Shown here: in pieces, positions 28,961 to 39,014 of the stretch
Layout of the letters: each line of letters opens with the position of its first letter
Numbering within the stretch: the first letter of the stretch is position 1
Virus record (IMG/VR): IMGVR_UViG_2706795985_000001
Location: 1-64,000 of that record
DNA from: a virus
Taxonomy: Duplodnaviria; Caudoviricetes
Reading direction: 5' to 3' (one strand)
DNA: 64,000 nucleotides
Translations under genes and position numbers: made by a program
The notes under the pieces: model-generated
Told to the model about the DNA's origin: nothing
What the model saw: the letters and a program-made list of their open reading frames with translations, nothing else
Database searches by the model: none

Positions 28961-29529
28961 TGAATATCTATCAAGATCTAGAAGATTGCCTATACAACAT
29001 CGTTGAAGCTCTCCATCCCGACTGGAAAATATTGTTTGCTTATACCAATGCTGCTGAACCAGTGAATCCTTATCTGGTTATAGACGTTAGGAAGCTAATT
29101 CCTATTGGCAGAGAGTACAGCTCAACCCCAACTTTTGGTGAAGATGGTTTTAGGTTAACTCAGACCACTATACAAGACCATGAAGCAACGGTCAGATTCG
29201 AGTTTATTGGAAAATATAATGACCAGACTTCTGTATCTGAGATGGCACAGTTGTTACAGATTGAATTGAGATCTGCCACTGGTTACGAGTTACAATCTAT
29301 TAACAGGCTTTCCCTATACAACTTGTCTACACTTCGTAGACTTCCCCTACCAAGGGAAACTGACATGTACATGATCTACCAGTTGGATTGTGTATTTGCC
29401 TACGCTGCTGTCCTAAAGACAGAACAAGACTACACACTTGGTCTAGATATTAATGGAGTGTATCACGATGCTAACCAGCCTCCTGATTATACAATTAAGA
29501 CTCACCTTGAAATAACCCCTACTAACTAG
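28960..29529 (+). CDS. Tail terminator/completion protein
   Basis: Position before sheath; 189 aa. Confidence 0.6.
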   Translation: MNIYQDLEDCLYNIVEALHPDWKILFAYTNAAEPVNPYLVIDVRKLIPIGREYSSTPTFGEDGFRLTQTTIQDHEATVRFEFIGKYNDQTSVSEMAQLLQIELRSATGYELQSINRLSLYNLSTLRRLPLPRETDMYMIYQLDCVFAYAAVLKTEQDYTLGLDINGVYHDANQPPDYTIKTHLEITPTN

Positions 29530-29540
29530 GAGAATAACGT

Positions 29541-31099
29541 ATGACCGTTCTTACGGATATCATCGAAATTAACATCAGTAGAGAAACTGCTGCTGTTGCT
29601 CAAACAAACTTCAACGTACCTCTGTTCATTTCTGCACACACAAAATTTGCAGAGAGAGCGCGTTCTTACACAAGCCTTCCAGCTGTTGCTAATGATTTTG
29701 ATCCTACAGACTCGGCATACATTGCTGCACAGAAGTTATTCAGCCAAACATTGACTCCGTCTAGAATTGTTATCGGACGTAGACTAGTGCCAAGCTCTAC
29801 TGTAAGCGTCAGCACTGCCGGGGCAGGGACTTACACTGTCACCATCAATGACATACCTTTTGCTTTTGTAGCTACTTCGTCGAACACTTCGATTCAAATC
29901 GCCACAGGACTTAAAGCTTCATATGACGTTACCCCTGTAGCAGGAGTCACTGTCACTGATAAGCTTGACGGAACGCTCACTGTAGCTTCTACAGTCGGGT
30001 ATTCCCTAGAGGTTTCTACAAATCTTAACCAAGCAAACTCGCCTTCTACAGAGTCTTGGGTAACTTCTGTTAACTCTGTAACAACAGTTGATAACTCTTG
30101 GTACGTGCTGACAATTGAATCTCATGCTGAGGCTGACGTTCTTGCAGTGGCTGCTCAAGTGGAAGGTATGAAGAAAGTTTTCGGAACCTCTTCTCAGTCT
30201 ACTGATGTTAAGACTACTTCTACAACAGATACATTCTCAAAGTTGAAAGCTTTGGGCTATCAACGCACTTTCGGTGTCTACTCTGCCACTGCAGATAGTG
30301 AATACCCAGAAGTAGCTTGGGTAGGATACCAGCTAAAAGAACAGCCCGGTTCTAACACATGGGCTTATAAGTCTCTTTCTGGTGTAACTGTAAGCTCACT
30401 GAGCCCAACAGAATCTACCAACGTGTTAAACAAATCTGCATCTACTTATGAAACTGTTGGTGGTCTGAACAGTACAATTGGTGCTAAGATGTTTGGTGGT
30501 GAATGGATCGACGTTATTATCTTTGTTGACTGGCTGGAACAGCGTATGAAAGAACGTCTGTGGAACCGTATGGCCAACAGCAAGAAAATTCCTTACACAG
30601 CAGCAGGCGCTGCAATCATCGAAGCTGAGATCCGTGCTCAGTTGAATGATGGTATTCGTGTAGGTGGTTTGGCTAACAGCCCAGCTCCAACTGTGTCTGT
30701 ACCAGATGTTCTTACCTTGTCCACAAACCTACGTGCTCAACGTGATTGAAGGTATCACCTTTTTCAAGCTAGACTAGCCGGTGCGATACATTTTGTGAAG
30801 ATATCAGGAACCGTTAATTAAAAGTGGCGGCTTTGTGGTGTGAACTACATCGAATAACTTATCTAATTCGGGGGATATCCTAACGTAGAGTCGAGGACAA
30901 TCCTGAGCGAAGCTCAGAGCATTCTGAGAACGTGCAACGACTATCCCGCAAGGGAGTAGGGCCAAGTGGCTCGAAATGGTAAGGGGCTTCCAATTTAAGG
31001 AAGTTCGTGATATAGTCTATTCTGCATGGAAACATGCAGCAGTTCATAAGAGAACGAGTGTTGTCTAACGAGCAACGTTGAATGTAAAGAACAGTATAA
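29541..31099 (+). CDS. Tail sheath protein, spliced 29541-30814 + 31090-31099 (427 codons; in-frame TGA at 30747 in this assembly)
   Basis: Sheath-like sequence (W.YK.LSGV, WIDVIIFVDWL); conserved-looking end QARLAGAIHFVKISGTV|TV lies in the same frame past the TGA. Confidence 0.85.
30815..31089 (+). mobile_element. Group I intron in sheath gene (275 nt, no ORF)
   Basis: P1 CCGU/GCGG; core blocks identical to terL-I1 and portal introns; terminal G31089; splicing gives GT|A ACA GTA TAA. Confidence 0.88.
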
Positions 31100-31112
31100 T
31101 TACGGAGACAGT

Positions 31113-31829
31113 ATGATAAATTACCTGTACAAGATTACTAACAAAGTTAATGGCAAGACTTACATTGGTATAACCAGAGACCCAGACTCAAGGAGAAAGC
31201 AACACCTTGTGTGGAAGCGTCAGTCTTCAAACTCTATTCTAAAACTCGCTATTGATAAGTATGGAAAAGATGCCTTTGAATTTGAGATTCTTGTTGCAGG
31301 TGATTTATCTTACATAAAAGATTTAGAGATTAAAGCTATTTTAGCCTATGACTCTCTAGCTGGCATTGGACATGGCTACAATATCCACTCAGGTGGTGGT
31401 CATAATAATGGCGGCGAACAAATAAAGTATCGTTCCGACGATAAACCAGTCTGCGCCTTTGGTTTCTGGTTTCCCAACGCCCGCACTGCCATCAAGTCTA
31501 TTGGCATTAACAAGAAGACTCTGTATGCCCGTAGGGCAGCGGGAACTCTACACCTTGAAGCTAGACCACTTAAAGCTATCGAACGCCCAAAGCGAGGCTC
31601 TGAGGAAGACACAGCTAATAGGTCAGCCTCTATGAAAGGTAAAAACTCTGGAGAGCGTAATGGTATGTTCGGAAGAAAGAATCCTTCACGCCACAGAGCA
31701 GTTACAGTGGAAGGTGTGCAGTACGAGTCAATCTCTGATGCAGTCAATAACACCGAATACACAAAATCTCAAATCGAAAAACGTCTAGCCAAAGGTGTAG
31801 ACGGATTCTCATACACACAGAGGAATTAA
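31113..31829 (+). CDS. Free-standing GIY-YIG homing endonuclease
   Basis: YLYKITNKVNGKTYIGIT...R.KQH...E...GYNI; helical DNA-binding C-terminus. Confidence 0.88.
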   Translation: MINYLYKITNKVNGKTYIGITRDPDSRRKQHLVWKRQSSNSILKLAIDKYGKDAFEFEILVAGDLSYIKDLEIKAILAYDSLAGIGHGYNIHSGGGHNNGGEQIKYRSDDKPVCAFGFWFPNARTAIKSIGINKKTLYARRAAGTLHLEARPLKAIERPKRGSEEDTANRSASMKGKNSGERNGMFGRKNPSRHRAVTVEGVQYESISDAVNNTEYTKSQIEKRLAKGVDGFSYTQRN

Positions 31830-31833
31830 AAAT

Positions 31834-32358
31834 ATGAGCACACAAAGGCTCGCAACTTTTGCGCCCAACGACGTGAGTGTCATTATCACGCAGTCGAGCA
31901 CAGGCATTGCCCACATTATCAGTGGCTACTCTGAGGAGTCCATCGTAAATATCGAATGGACAAGCCCTCGCTACGCACTTTACACTGGTGCTGACAACAC
32001 AGGTACACGTGTCTACAACGCAAGTAACTCTGCTACGTTGACAGTAAGCCTACAGCAAACATCTGCTTCTAACGATGTCCTGTCTCAGTTGTTTAACAAC
32101 GACGGACGTAACTCTGATGGACTTTTCTCTGTACAAGTAAAAGACGCCAGCGGTCGTTCTATCTACTTCTCTGATGATGCTTATATCGGTGTTCGTCCTA
32201 ATGCTGGTTTTGGTAACAGTATGATGACACGTGATTGGGTTATTCAGGCATTCAACCTTGATGGCTACGCAGGTGGTAACGCAATTGTAACCCCAGAAGA
32301 TCAGGCTACTATCGAAACTCTCGGTGGAAATCTGGCTGCTAAGTGGCTACAACAGTAA
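31834..32358 (+). CDS. Tail tube protein
   Basis: TFAPNDVSVII...GYSEESIV...TVSLQQTS.SND; follows sheath. Confidence 0.75.
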   Translation: MSTQRLATFAPNDVSVIITQSSTGIAHIISGYSEESIVNIEWTSPRYALYTGADNTGTRVYNASNSATLTVSLQQTSASNDVLSQLFNNDGRNSDGLFSVQVKDASGRSIYFSDDAYIGVRPNAGFGNSMMTRDWVIQAFNLDGYAGGNAIVTPEDQATIETLGGNLAAKWLQQ

Positions 32359-32368
32359 TACATTCGTT

Positions 32369-32408
32369 AGGGGCTTCCATTTAACTGTGGGAGCCCCTTT
32401 CTTTTTCT
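32369..32408 (+). terminator. Terminator after tube gene
   Basis: GGGGCTTCCA...TGGGAGCCCCTTTCTTTTT. Confidence 0.8.
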
Positions 32409-32423
32409 CTGGGGGCATAAAAA

Positions 32424-32927
32424 ATGGCAGGACTACTAAACTACTCTCCAAACGATGTGACAATTACCATTGCTGGTCTGTACTCTGTGACAGGCTTTGC
32501 TGAAGGAACCTTTGTACGCATCACTAAAGACACTCAACAAGTGACAACCACACGTGCAATGGATGGTACAATGTCCCGTATTAAATCCCCTGACACTGGC
32601 TGGAAAGTGGAAATCACTTTGGCACAGTCGTCCAGCGGTAACGACATTCTCTCCACTCTCTGGAACGCAGACAAAGTTACAGGGATGGGCAAATTCCCAC
32701 TGTTCATCAAAGATGGAAGTGGTAGCACAATGTTCATGGCAGCCACAGCTTGGATTGAAGAGATTCCTGAAATCACCTTCTCCAGCCAAATGGAAACTCG
32801 TACATGGAGATTCGCAGCAACAGATGTGATAGTCAACATCGGAGGGAACGACAGCAATGACCTAACGTCCATTCTTGGGTTGAGTTCTTCTGTGCTACCT
32901 GCGTTGCAGACTTTCCAAATAATTTAA
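32424..32927 (+). CDS. Tube-like tail protein paralog
   Basis: YSPNDVTITI...ITLAQSSSGND...IKDGSG. Confidence 0.65.
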   Translation: MAGLLNYSPNDVTITIAGLYSVTGFAEGTFVRITKDTQQVTTTRAMDGTMSRIKSPDTGWKVEITLAQSSSGNDILSTLWNADKVTGMGKFPLFIKDGSGSTMFMAATAWIEEIPEITFSSQMETRTWRFAATDVIVNIGGNDSNDLTSILGLSSSVLPALQTFQII

Positions 32928-32936
32928 GGAGTATAT

Positions 32937-33470
32937 ATGTCTGGCAGTGTATTGACTTATGACCCAAGCAGTGTTACCATTATTGTTTGCGGGTACGTAA
33001 TACCCGGAGTTGTCAGCATCAACCTTCAGTGGAAATCTGAAGTGTTTACCCTACAACGTGGGATCAGGGGTTCACACACCCGTGTGTATAACAATGATAG
33101 GCAAGCAACTCTTGTCCTTGAGCTGCTACCCACTTCTATCGCAAACGATGTATTCACAAGCATTGTCCTACAAGACGCTGCTAACCACTCGGGTTTGTTG
33201 GAGGTCAGCTTGAAGGATACATCTGGTACATCCAGATTTACCACAACAAATGCTTACATACGTAGTTTCCCTGACCTCAGCTTCAACGCTGAAGGTATCA
33301 CTACACGCAAGTGGGAAATCGAAGTACTATCGTTCGTGACTGGCTCTGGTAATGTTGGAGGTAACGCCTCTAATGGTATCGACATCTCGGACATTCTCTC
33401 TGGAGCTTTATCTTCTGCCAAAGGGCTTGTGTCTGATAGTTTGAGTGCTGCTTCAGACTACTTTACTTAA
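32937..33470 (+). CDS. Tube-like tail protein paralog
   Basis: YDPSSVTII...LELLPTSIAND...LKDTSG. Confidence 0.65.
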   Translation: MSGSVLTYDPSSVTIIVCGYVIPGVVSINLQWKSEVFTLQRGIRGSHTRVYNNDRQATLVLELLPTSIANDVFTSIVLQDAANHSGLLEVSLKDTSGTSRFTTTNAYIRSFPDLSFNAEGITTRKWEIEVLSFVTGSGNVGGNASNGIDISDILSGALSSAKGLVSDSLSAASDYFT

Positions 33471-33478
33471 GGAGTCAT

Positions 33479-33829
33479 ATGAAGATTTGGTTTGTTTATA
33501 AAACCACTAACAATATCAGTGGTGGAGGAAGGTTTGAGTATCAAACTAAAGAAGAGTCCAGACAGAAAATGAGAAAGCCTAAAAGCCCTGAGCACAGGGC
33601 TGCTATTTCTGCGGGTAAGCTTGGAAAGAAGCTTTCGGATTCTCATAAGGCTGCCGTATCCGCTGGAAGATTAGGCTTAGTACATTCTGAAGAAACAAAG
33701 TTGAAAATGAGTAACACAAGATCAAATAATATCCATGAGACTGTGGAATGCCCACATTGTGGTAAAACTGGAGGTGCACCGGCAATCGGTCAGTGGCACT
33801 TTAATAATTGTAAACATAGGAGTGAATAA
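33479..33829 (+). pseudogene. GIY-YIG endonuclease lacking its catalytic domain (NUMOD3-type repeats retained)
   Basis: FVYKTTNNI joined directly to SGGG; SPEHRAAIS/SDSHKAAVS/SEETKLKMS repeats; CPHCG. Confidence 0.7.
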
Positions 33830-33832
33830 ATT

Positions 33833-34195
33833 ATGCCGATAAAACAGAAAGAAGTTACAATCAAAGATGAAACCTACCTGTTGACTCAACTTCCGGGTAT
33901 GACTGGACTTAAGCTTGGTAAACAGCTTATCAAGACTCTAGGCCCATCCTTTGCAGTATTGCAGGGTGAAGGTGGAGGCATTAGTGCTGCCCTCAACATC
34001 CTATTTGAAAATCTAGATGACAATGCTGAAGCGTTGGTAATTGCCCTGGCTAGTTCAGCTTCCAAAGGAAGTATGGCTATCAACTTCAACTCTGAGTTTG
34101 CTGGTGAATACGACAAGCTATTCCTCTTAGTTAAAGAAATTGTGGAGTTTAACTACGGATCGGTTTTTCAGATGCTAGGTTCAGACGTACTGTAA
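33833..34195 (+). CDS. Tail assembly chaperone
   Basis: Two ORFs before TMP; G GTT TTT near 3' end. Confidence 0.7.
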   Translation: MPIKQKEVTIKDETYLLTQLPGMTGLKLGKQLIKTLGPSFAVLQGEGGGISAALNILFENLDDNAEALVIALASSASKGSMAINFNSEFAGEYDKLFLLVKEIVEFNYGSVFQMLGSDVL

Positions 34196-34440
34196 ACCCA
34201 AACAGTGCTGAACCTCAGATGGTCCATCCTAGGCTTAAGAAAGTTCAGGATGGGTATACTCAAGACTGGGAGATCTTTAGAATCGTAACAAGCGATATAA
34301 GGGGTTTGCCTACCTACCTTGAGTTGGACACTATCTGCAACGTAGAGGACATTTACAATATACTGGAGATGCTTGACGCTAAATTCGAGATGGACGAAGT
34401 GGCAAGGCTCCAAGCTCAAGCGGCTCAGAATAATCGATAA
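34162..34440 (+). CDS. Chaperone extension, -1 frame open from GGTTTTT (34162-68)
   Basis: No stop from the slippery site through the 34219-34440 ORF. Confidence 0.55.
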   Translation, partial: GFSDARFRRTVNPNSAEPQMVHPRLKKVQDGYTQDWEIFRIVTSDIRGLPTYLELDTICNVEDIYNILEMLDAKFEMDEVARLQAQAAQNNR

Positions 34441-34450
34441 GGATTGAAAA

Positions 34451-36862
34451 ATGGCTTTGACCGAGGAAATTGCTCGCCTGACGGGTACGTTGAAGTTCAA
34501 CGTTGAAGCCCGACCACTGGTAGCGTTTGAGAAGAGACTCAATGGTGTGCTTGGCATGCTTAGAGAGCTGTCAACGCTGGCCAACAAGAAGTTTACAGTG
34601 AAGGTTGCTCTTGATAGCATATCTCTGCGTTCCCAGATTGAGAAGGCGACAAGGACTAAGATCAGCCTTACAAATGTTGATATCTCTCAAGAAGCCCTGA
34701 CTCGTCAGGGACATCGAATTCAAGAGTATCTTGACAAGACAACAATCAACCTGAGAAACGTTAAGTTTGATGTTGCACAGCTAGTAGAGCAGAAGCGCTT
34801 CATCAGAACCATGATTGGTCAGATGAGCTTAGTCTTACCTATAAAGATGAACCTAACTGGCTTTGAAGCTAGGCTAAGAGCTGCAACAAGAAAAGCCTCT
34901 AGAGAGAATCCTGTTCATCTGAAGGTTGAAGTTGACACTAGACAGCTATTGACCAAGCTGAGATGGGCTTTGAGAAAAGCCAGCCGTGCTGCCGGTAAAC
35001 TAAAGATCAGAGTTGCAGACCCACAGGTAAGGTTGAAAGTTGATAAGCAACACCTTATTGATGAGATCAAAGCAGCGCTCGCTTCCAGTGAGTTTAGAAT
35101 TCGTATCAATGCACGTGATGAAGATCTGAGAAGAGACTCTAGAAGACGTGGCAGCAGAGACGGGGGAAGGGGTAGTGCAGAGCGTGGCCTTGGAGCACTT
35201 GGAGGTTTCGCCAGAGGAGCTATACCGGGCCTAGGAGCGATGTTTGCCTTCGACCGCATGAACGAGATCAACCAGAGGGTTACGGCTGCTACAAACAGCT
35301 TAGAGGCTGTATCTAAGAATGATGCCAACTTCAAGTCTAACCAAGGCTTCCTTCAAAACATCACACATGAGATGGGTCTTAACTTCAGGGACGTTGCACC
35401 ACAGTTCTCCAGCATTTTCCAAGCTGCTGGTAGTTCTATTGGTGTGAAGGGTACTCAGGACATGTTCCGTGGTATCATGCAGTTTGGTACTGTCCATGGT
35501 CTTGACAAAGAGGCTATGAAAGGTTCCATGGTTGCACTCAGCCAAATGTTCGGTAAGGATAAGATTCAATCTGAAGAAGCCCGTCAACAGTTTGCTGAAC
35601 GTATGCCTAATGGTATGGCTTTGCTAGCTCAAGCTGCTCAAAAGTCAGGGCTAACAAAGAACGGCACTGTTGCTGAGTTTGGCGACTTAATGCAAAAAGG
35701 TAAAGCTGACCCTAAGAAGATTCTTCCAGAACTTGGGAGATTGATGAAGGAAGCTTCTGAGCGTAACAATGCCTACGAGAAGTCTCTTCAGACTACACGT
35801 GTGGCTCAGGGTAGAATGAACACAGCGTTTGAAGACTCTGTGATTATATTCTCAAAAGGTGGTTTTGATAAAGGCATGGCAAGCTTTTTCAACAGCCTAA
35901 CTGACAGCATGGAAAGAGCTAAGCCTCTAACTGAAGCTCTTGGTGGGGCTTTTGAGATGCTGGTTAGGCCAGTCAATGCTTTGATAAGAATCATTGGAGC
36001 TTTAGGTGAAAACTGGGGTAAGTTTGCAGACAGTTTAGGTGTTTCCAAGAAAGCTCTTGCAACGTTGGCCTCAGCAGTTGCCATTTTTATGTTGCCATTT
36101 GGTGGGTTCATTGCTGCAATTGGCATTGCTGCTCTAGCTCTGGATGACTTTCTGACCTACATGGCAGGCGGTAAAAGCGTGTTTGGAGATTGGGTCAAGA
36201 AAACTGAAGGTGCTCAAGAGAAGGTTGACAATGTAACGTTTGCTGTTGATGGACTTAAAGCCGCTTGGAAAGACTTCAAAGAGTCCCTGAGCGGAGCAGG
36301 TGAGAACCCATTCAAAGATTGGAAGTTGGACGACCTACTTCTATCTGGACTTGAAGACATCAAAACACTTGTTGATGAAATCGCCTCCACATTGAGAATG
36401 TTCACCAAGCTTAAGAATGGCGATTTCAAAGGTGCGGCGGCAGAGTTTGGAATGGGCGGCAGTAGTACCAACGTCGAGCCAGTTGAGAAGCCTGGTTGGT
36501 GGGTTGATCTTCCGGGTAAATTTCAGAACCTTCTTGCTGATCAATACCAAAAGACTTACCCGTCTCTACAACAAGCCGGACGTATACCACAGCCAGCAAC
36601 AGCAGCAGACGCTTACAACAGTCGCACCCTTACTGCAAGCGAGATACCCGGAGTTGTGGCCAGCGCTATGGCTGAGCAAGCAGATAAGTCTGCTGTTGGC
36701 AAAGCTACGACAATTGAAGTTACTGTACCAATCACTGTACAAGGCATGATGGCAGCTGGAGATTTGACTACACTGGTTGCTGAGCCTATGAAACAGGCCG
36801 CTGAAGATGCTTTCAGACAAGCCCTAGGAACAGCCAGAGCACAGCAAGCAGAGAGACAATAA
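34451..36862 (+). CDS. Tape measure protein
   Basis: 803 aa helical; QMFGKDKIQSEEARQQFAERMP tape-measure motif. Confidence 0.88.
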   Translation: MALTEEIARLTGTLKFNVEARPLVAFEKRLNGVLGMLRELSTLANKKFTVKVALDSISLRSQIEKATRTKISLTNVDISQEALTRQGHRIQEYLDKTTINLRNVKFDVAQLVEQKRFIRTMIGQMSLVLPIKMNLTGFEARLRAATRKASRENPVHLKVEVDTRQLLTKLRWALRKASRAAGKLKIRVADPQVRLKVDKQHLIDEIKAALASSEFRIRINARDEDLRRDSRRRGSRDGGRGSAERGLGALGGFARGAIPGLGAMFAFDRMNEINQRVTAATNSLEAVSKNDANFKSNQGFLQNITHEMGLNFRDVAPQFSSIFQAAGSSIGVKGTQDMFRGIMQFGTVHGLDKEAMKGSMVALSQMFGKDKIQSEEARQQFAERMPNGMALLAQAAQKSGLTKNGTVAEFGDLMQKGKADPKKILPELGRLMKEASERNNAYEKSLQTTRVAQGRMNTAFEDSVIIFSKGGFDKGMASFFNSLTDSMERAKPLTEALGGAFEMLVRPVNALIRIIGALGENWGKFADSLGVSKKALATLASAVAIFMLPFGGFIAAIGIAALALDDFLTYMAGGKSVFGDWVKKTEGAQEKVDNVTFAVDGLKAAWKDFKESLSGAGENPFKDWKLDDLLLSGLEDIKTLVDEIASTLRMFTKLKNGDFKGAAAEFGMGGSSTNVEPVEKPGWWVDLPGKFQNLLADQYQKTYPSLQQAGRIPQPATAADAYNSRTLTASEIPGVVASAMAEQADKSAVGKATTIEVTVPITVQGMMAAGDLTTLVAEPMKQAAEDAFRQALGTARAQQAERQ

Positions 36863-36969
36863 TGACACAAACTGGCCCAATAACTTGCAGTTACTTTGCC
36901 CGAGTTGTAACCTCTCTAAGGGTTCTCTAATGCCCTTGGATTGGGCTTGTAAAACTAAGGAGATTTAAA

Positions 36970-38085
36970 ATGTCCATTGTAATTAGAAGAAAAAACGGGG
37001 ACGTGTTGTGGTTTGACGCAATCACTGAGTATGGCTTGACCTACCAGTCAAGCGTAACCAAACACCCTGTCGCCACAGGTGGTTACGTATCAGACCACAC
37101 CACAAATGAAAACCTCATCATAAACATCAATGCTGTGCTCACTGACGCCGACTTCAATATAAATCGACCTCAGAATCTAGGGAAACTCTCCACATTTGAT
37201 TCGGGTAGCGTTAGTGTTGATGATAGAGGCTTATATAAACCTGTTAATAAGCAATACACCACAAACAGTGGCAGTATCACTCCTGTAAAAATTGAATCTA
37301 TAGGCAGCATAAACAGATTGCTGCCTGAGGTTATCGCACAGTTTACAAAGGACAGTATACCCGTAGCCACTGTCACTCCCCAGAGTAGGGCTAAAACAGC
37401 TAGAGCTGTTAAGCGTGAGTTGATCAGTATGAGAAACAACAGAGAGGAGTTTCAAGTATTAGAACTCCTTGATGATTTTGTTATTGAGAGCTACGGCCCT
37501 TGCATATTTACAAACTTATCCTTTAAAGAGGACTCTACAACTGGGGAAGGTGTTTACCCAAGTATGACTATAGAGGAAGTTACTTTCACTAATTTGGAAG
37601 AAATCAGTGTGAAAGTAAAGACTTCTAATAAAGGTAGAAAGTCTGGTGCTGCGAAAGATAAGCTGTTAGAAACACCACCTGACAACGCACCAAGAACTTA
37701 CACTAAAATGTCTAGCAGCGCTGCTGCCTCATAAGGAGTTTTAATGGCCAGTACAGTATATGTTGAAATGCCATTGTACTCAGATCTTAAATACAGGTAT
37801 GCCACTTCCTTACAAGGTATAAGCTGGCAGTTAACTTTCTATTGGAACTCTAGATGTTCTCAATGGCACATGGACCTGAGGCAAGAAGACCAGACACCTG
37901 TATTACTAGGATATGCCTTGGTCCCTCAGTATCCAATGTGTGTTGATTATAACTTGGAAGATTACGGCCTCACTGGGTATTTTCTACTGCTTCCAATAAA
38001 CTCCACAATAGGGAGTAAAATCACAGAAGAGTCAAGCATCATGCCTGAGTTCTTTAAACTTTATTACGTCTACAATACGGAGTGA
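36970..38085 (+). CDS. Two baseplate/tail-tip proteins (36970-37734, 37744-38085)
   Basis: VTKHPVATG motif; LTFYWNSR; position after TMP. Confidence 0.65.
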
Positions 38086-39014
38086 AAAATATGGCTCAGA
38101 AGGATAAAGTTTTTTCTTTGAGGGTAGGAGATTATAAGTCAGGCAACGGGCTGCTTATTGAAAACCCTCGCAGCGATGGCGCTGGAAATAAAGTAGGCAA
38201 CCCTTGGCAGATCACATTCGATGTGTCTAAGAGTGCAGACAACAAACGTAACAACGGTAATTCGGCAGCCATAGAGATATACAACCTATCCGACTCCCAG
38301 ATTCAACTCCTAGAAAGTGACTACCTCGAAGTTGAATTCTCTGTTGGCTACAAGGAGTCAGGTGCACAGCTGCTTGTCCTTGGTAATGTCACAGAGCATT
38401 CCACAGTAAAAAGTGGTAATGATTACGTAACACAACTCAGGATCGGAGAGGGCTACACTGACCTGAATCACCAGCAACTAGCAAAATTGGTAAGCCCCGG
38501 AAAAACTGTTGGTGACGTGCTTGAAGAGATCAGATCTCAGATGCCCGGTGTGTCCCGTGGTGCTTACACAGGTACAAACCTCAATAACCCAATTGTGTTT
38601 GGTTGGCGTCTGAAAGGAAGCCCTAGAGAGATGCTTATGAAGCTTTGCGAAGCACACAACCTTGAGTACAATATCAACTCGGGCGTTTTGAATATCTCTG
38701 GGGAGAATGGATTACTGAGTAAAGACACAGTGCTCGCCCCAGTCATTAACTCAAAAACTGGTCTTATCGACTTGCCTTTTCACACATCTGAAACAGGACG
38801 TAAGCCTAAGAAAGGCACGAAAAGGAGAAGAGGTGTTCAGTTCAAGGCACTTCTTAACACTGACATTGTTCCCGGTAAAATTGTGAAGCTTGAGTCTAAG
38901 TGGATTACAGGATTTTACAGAGTAAATACAGCTAGGTTCTCTGGGGATCTAAGGGGTAACGATTGGTACGTAGAATGTTTCTGTTCTGAAATTGAAGCGG
39001 CGGACCTGATATGA
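38082..39014 (+). CDS. Baseplate hub protein
   Basis: ITFDVSKS...IEIYNL...SVGY...LRIGEG. Confidence 0.7.
   Translation: MKNMAQKDKVFSLRVGDYKSGNGLLIENPRSDGAGNKVGNPWQITFDVSKSADNKRNNGNSAAIEIYNLSDSQIQLLESDYLEVEFSVGYKESGAQLLVLGNVTEHSTVKSGNDYVTQLRIGEGYTDLNHQQLAKLVSPGKTVGDVLEEIRSQMPGVSRGAYTGTNLNNPIVFGWRLKGSPREMLMKLCEAHNLEYNINSGVLNISGENGLLSKDTVLAPVINSKTGLIDLPFHTSETGRKPKKGTKRRRGVQFKALLNTDIVPGKIVKLESKWITGFYRVNTARFSGDLRGNDWYVECFCSEIEAADLI

Noticed and set aside
31113-31829. GIY-YIG as an intron-encoded ORF
   Set aside because: A 3' splice site at 31089 restores the sheath stop upstream of the ORF, and no intron sequence follows it (the tube gene starts 4 nt later)
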